Shown piece by piece: positions 59,501 through 62,500 of a DNA stretch of 64,000 nt. The notes under the pieces were generated by a model. It saw only the letters and a list, made by a program, of their open reading frames with translations. It made no database searches and was not told where the DNA came from. Position numbers and translations under genes: made by a program. The stretch's first letter is position 1; every line of letters begins with the position of its first letter. This DNA is from an uncultured Thiomicrospira sp. (lineage in GTDB: Bacteria > Pseudomonadota > Gammaproteobacteria > CAKMZV01): positions 256,001 through 320,000 of the forward strand of contig OZ239628.1 in the NCBI GenBank assembly GCA_965195345.1, written 5' to 3'.

Positions 59501-62500
59501 CATAATTGATGATGAAGAATTTAATGTTGGTATTGAGTTGATTAGTGGAGGTGCAGAGACGACGAGTGGCCAAACGAGTAGTCCAATTGTTTTACGGGTA
59601 AGGGATTTGAATGGATTACTTAATTACAGTGCAAATCCGATTGCGTTTGATGTTACGTATTTAGGTGTTGCGCAAGCTGGGGTGGATTACACTACAGCAT
59701 CGATAATCATTCCAAGAGCGGCAAATGGAGTTGATGTTACACTCAATGTGATTGATGATGGGTTGTTTGAGTCTTCAGAGTCTCTTGAAGTGGTAATTGC
59801 AGCTCGTACTGCAAATAACAGAGTACTTGTTAATGCGAATTCGGTTAATGCTACGATAGAGGACAATGATCTTGTAACAACGGCTTCGCTTAGGATTATT
59901 CAAAATGGCTCAGAAAATGGAGACGATTTAATCGGGGAGTTGGTTATTGCACGCGCCAATAATACGCAGAACGCACTGAACTTTGAGGCGAAGAACATTG
60001 TGCGCCCAGGAAATGCAAGTGCTGCTGACTTCAACCCGTCCACGACGATGATAGCGTTGAGTATACCAGTCGGATCCAGTACGGTAGGCTTTTCAATTGG
60101 AATTGAGGATGATTCGTTTTTTGAAACAACAGAGACAGTTGAATTTAACGTCTCGGTTTTGAACTTCCCAGGCATTGGAGTGATTACATCTGAGAGGGGC
60201 TTTATTGAAGATAATGATGATGCAATTTTCACGTTAACACTCATTCGCGATGCTCAAGAGCGGGATCAAATCTCGGCGATTTTGAGAGCAAGCATCGGAA
60301 ATATTAATCAAACAAGCGCCAACATTGAGATTATGTATGCAACCGATTTGGGTGCGCAGTTGGGTAATGCGAGTTTAGCGGATATAACGCAGACGACGAT
60401 TCGTTCGGTGATTGCGATAGGTCAATCTTTCCAAGACATATTGGTTACCCCAGTGGATGATGATTTGTTTGAATTGACTGAGATTTTCAATATTAGAGCG
60501 GTGGGCGCAAGCAATGCAGATGTAGCGTTGATGAGTAGCTCAATAGTTGTCTCAATTATTGATGATGATACAGCGACGTTCACATTGCGAACGGTGCAAG
60601 ATGGCAGTGAGTCTCAGGCCGGTTCTTCGATAGGCAATATTATTTTGGAATTGGCTTCTGATCGAGTGAATAATTCTTCGCAAACGGTTCGATTTGAAGT
60701 TGGCGTTGTTGGGGGAACTGCCTCGCATTCGAGTAGTGCGTTGGATTTTGATTTTTCCACTGCAACGTTGGAAATACGCAGTGGCGAAACGAGTCAATCT
60801 CTCGAAGTAGACGTTAGAAACGATGCTCTTTTTGAAACAACGGAGACGGTAGACTTTTCATTGGTGTCAGTTACTCCGATTGATCCTCTAATAGTGCATT
60901 CGAGCACGCCCACGATAGCATTGATTTCTGATGCAAATGCGCCAATTACAGCGGGATTAATACTTTCAGGTGCGTCAGAGAATCCGAATGTTGCTATCCA
61001 AGTTGGTGTGCAATTGCCTGAGATTAATAACACGGCATCAGCAATAGATTTTATGATTTCTTTTGCGAACTCTTCGGCAACCGCAGGGGTTGATTTCATT
61101 TCAAGCGATGTTATCACATTAAGCATTCCAACGGGCTCAAACAGTGTAACAACGAGCCTTGTGGTGATTGAAGATGGATTGCTTGAAGCCGATGAGATTG
61201 TGATTGCAGAGATAATTGCTATAAGCAATGGGGGAGTTTTAGGTATTAATACCACGCAATCGATTCTTATCGTAGATGCTGATATACGAAACGCTCAGTT
61301 GTCGTTGGATGGGATTACAGCGGGAAATGAGGAGGGACTTGTTCCTGCGGTGTTTAGATTGTCAATAAGTAGTACGAATCAAATAGGAACTGCTATTGTT
61401 TTTGATCTTGAAGTAAACTCGAGTGCATCAAGCGCAGAATTAGGTGCTGATTACACGTTTGCGCCAATGCAAGCTCGGATACTCAATGGCAGTAGTTTTG
61501 TGGACATAGTGTTGCCTATTTTGCAGGATACGCTCTATGAAAGTACCGAGTACATAAGCATAGGTATAAGCACGACAAATATAAGTCAATTAAATGTTCC
61601 AAGCACGTTTTCATCAGTTGCAATAATTGATAATGATACGACAACGATATCATTTACGAGCATTACTCCAGGTGCGGAGAATAATTCTTCACCGGCGACA
61701 ATTCCCATACGGATTTTTGTGGCATCGGCGAAGGTAAATAATACATCTATGGCACTGCAGTTTGAATTAGAGAATGTGGGGGGCAGTGCAACTGGAGTGG
61801 CTACTCAAACGTTCAACGCTGATTATCTCTCGAGCGATCTAATTATTAGTATTCCAGTTGGTTCGAGTACGGGGCTGCTTGAGGTTGAGGTATTCGATGA
61901 CAGTCTTTTTGAGACGACGGAAACGGTAGTGTTTGAAGTCTTAGATCCTGTTTTTATGGGCGGAATGTTTACGAGCACGGTGATCACTGCGCAAATAATA
62001 GATGACAATGATATTTTTGTTACGGCATTTTATTCAGAGGTCCAAAGCGGGGGAGAAGGCATTACAGAAGTAGGTGATCCGTTTGATGCCATTGTTCGAG
62101 TTCGATTGAGTAGATTTAATAATACGTCACAAGATGTGGTGTTAAGTTATACATTAGGTGGTTTAAATTCGGATGCCATTGGTGGATTAGATTATGTTAT
62201 TCCAACAAGTAGACAATTAATCATTCCTCCCGGTGCGGTAGATAGCACATTTGCAATTACGATTTTGGATGATTTCTTGGTTGAAAAGCGTACGGAAATT
62301 TTAAATGTCTCTTTTGAATCGAGCATGAGTAATGTAAGTACTGGCGCTGGATCGGTCAGTTTGGGGATACAAGATAACGAAGCTCGCAGAGTGCGCATTG
62401 ATGTAATTCAGGATGCGACTGAAGGAGTACCACCTGCAGGAGTGCCTGCAATTGTGAAGGTAACGCTTGTAAACAGCTCAGGCAATGCATTGATAAATGG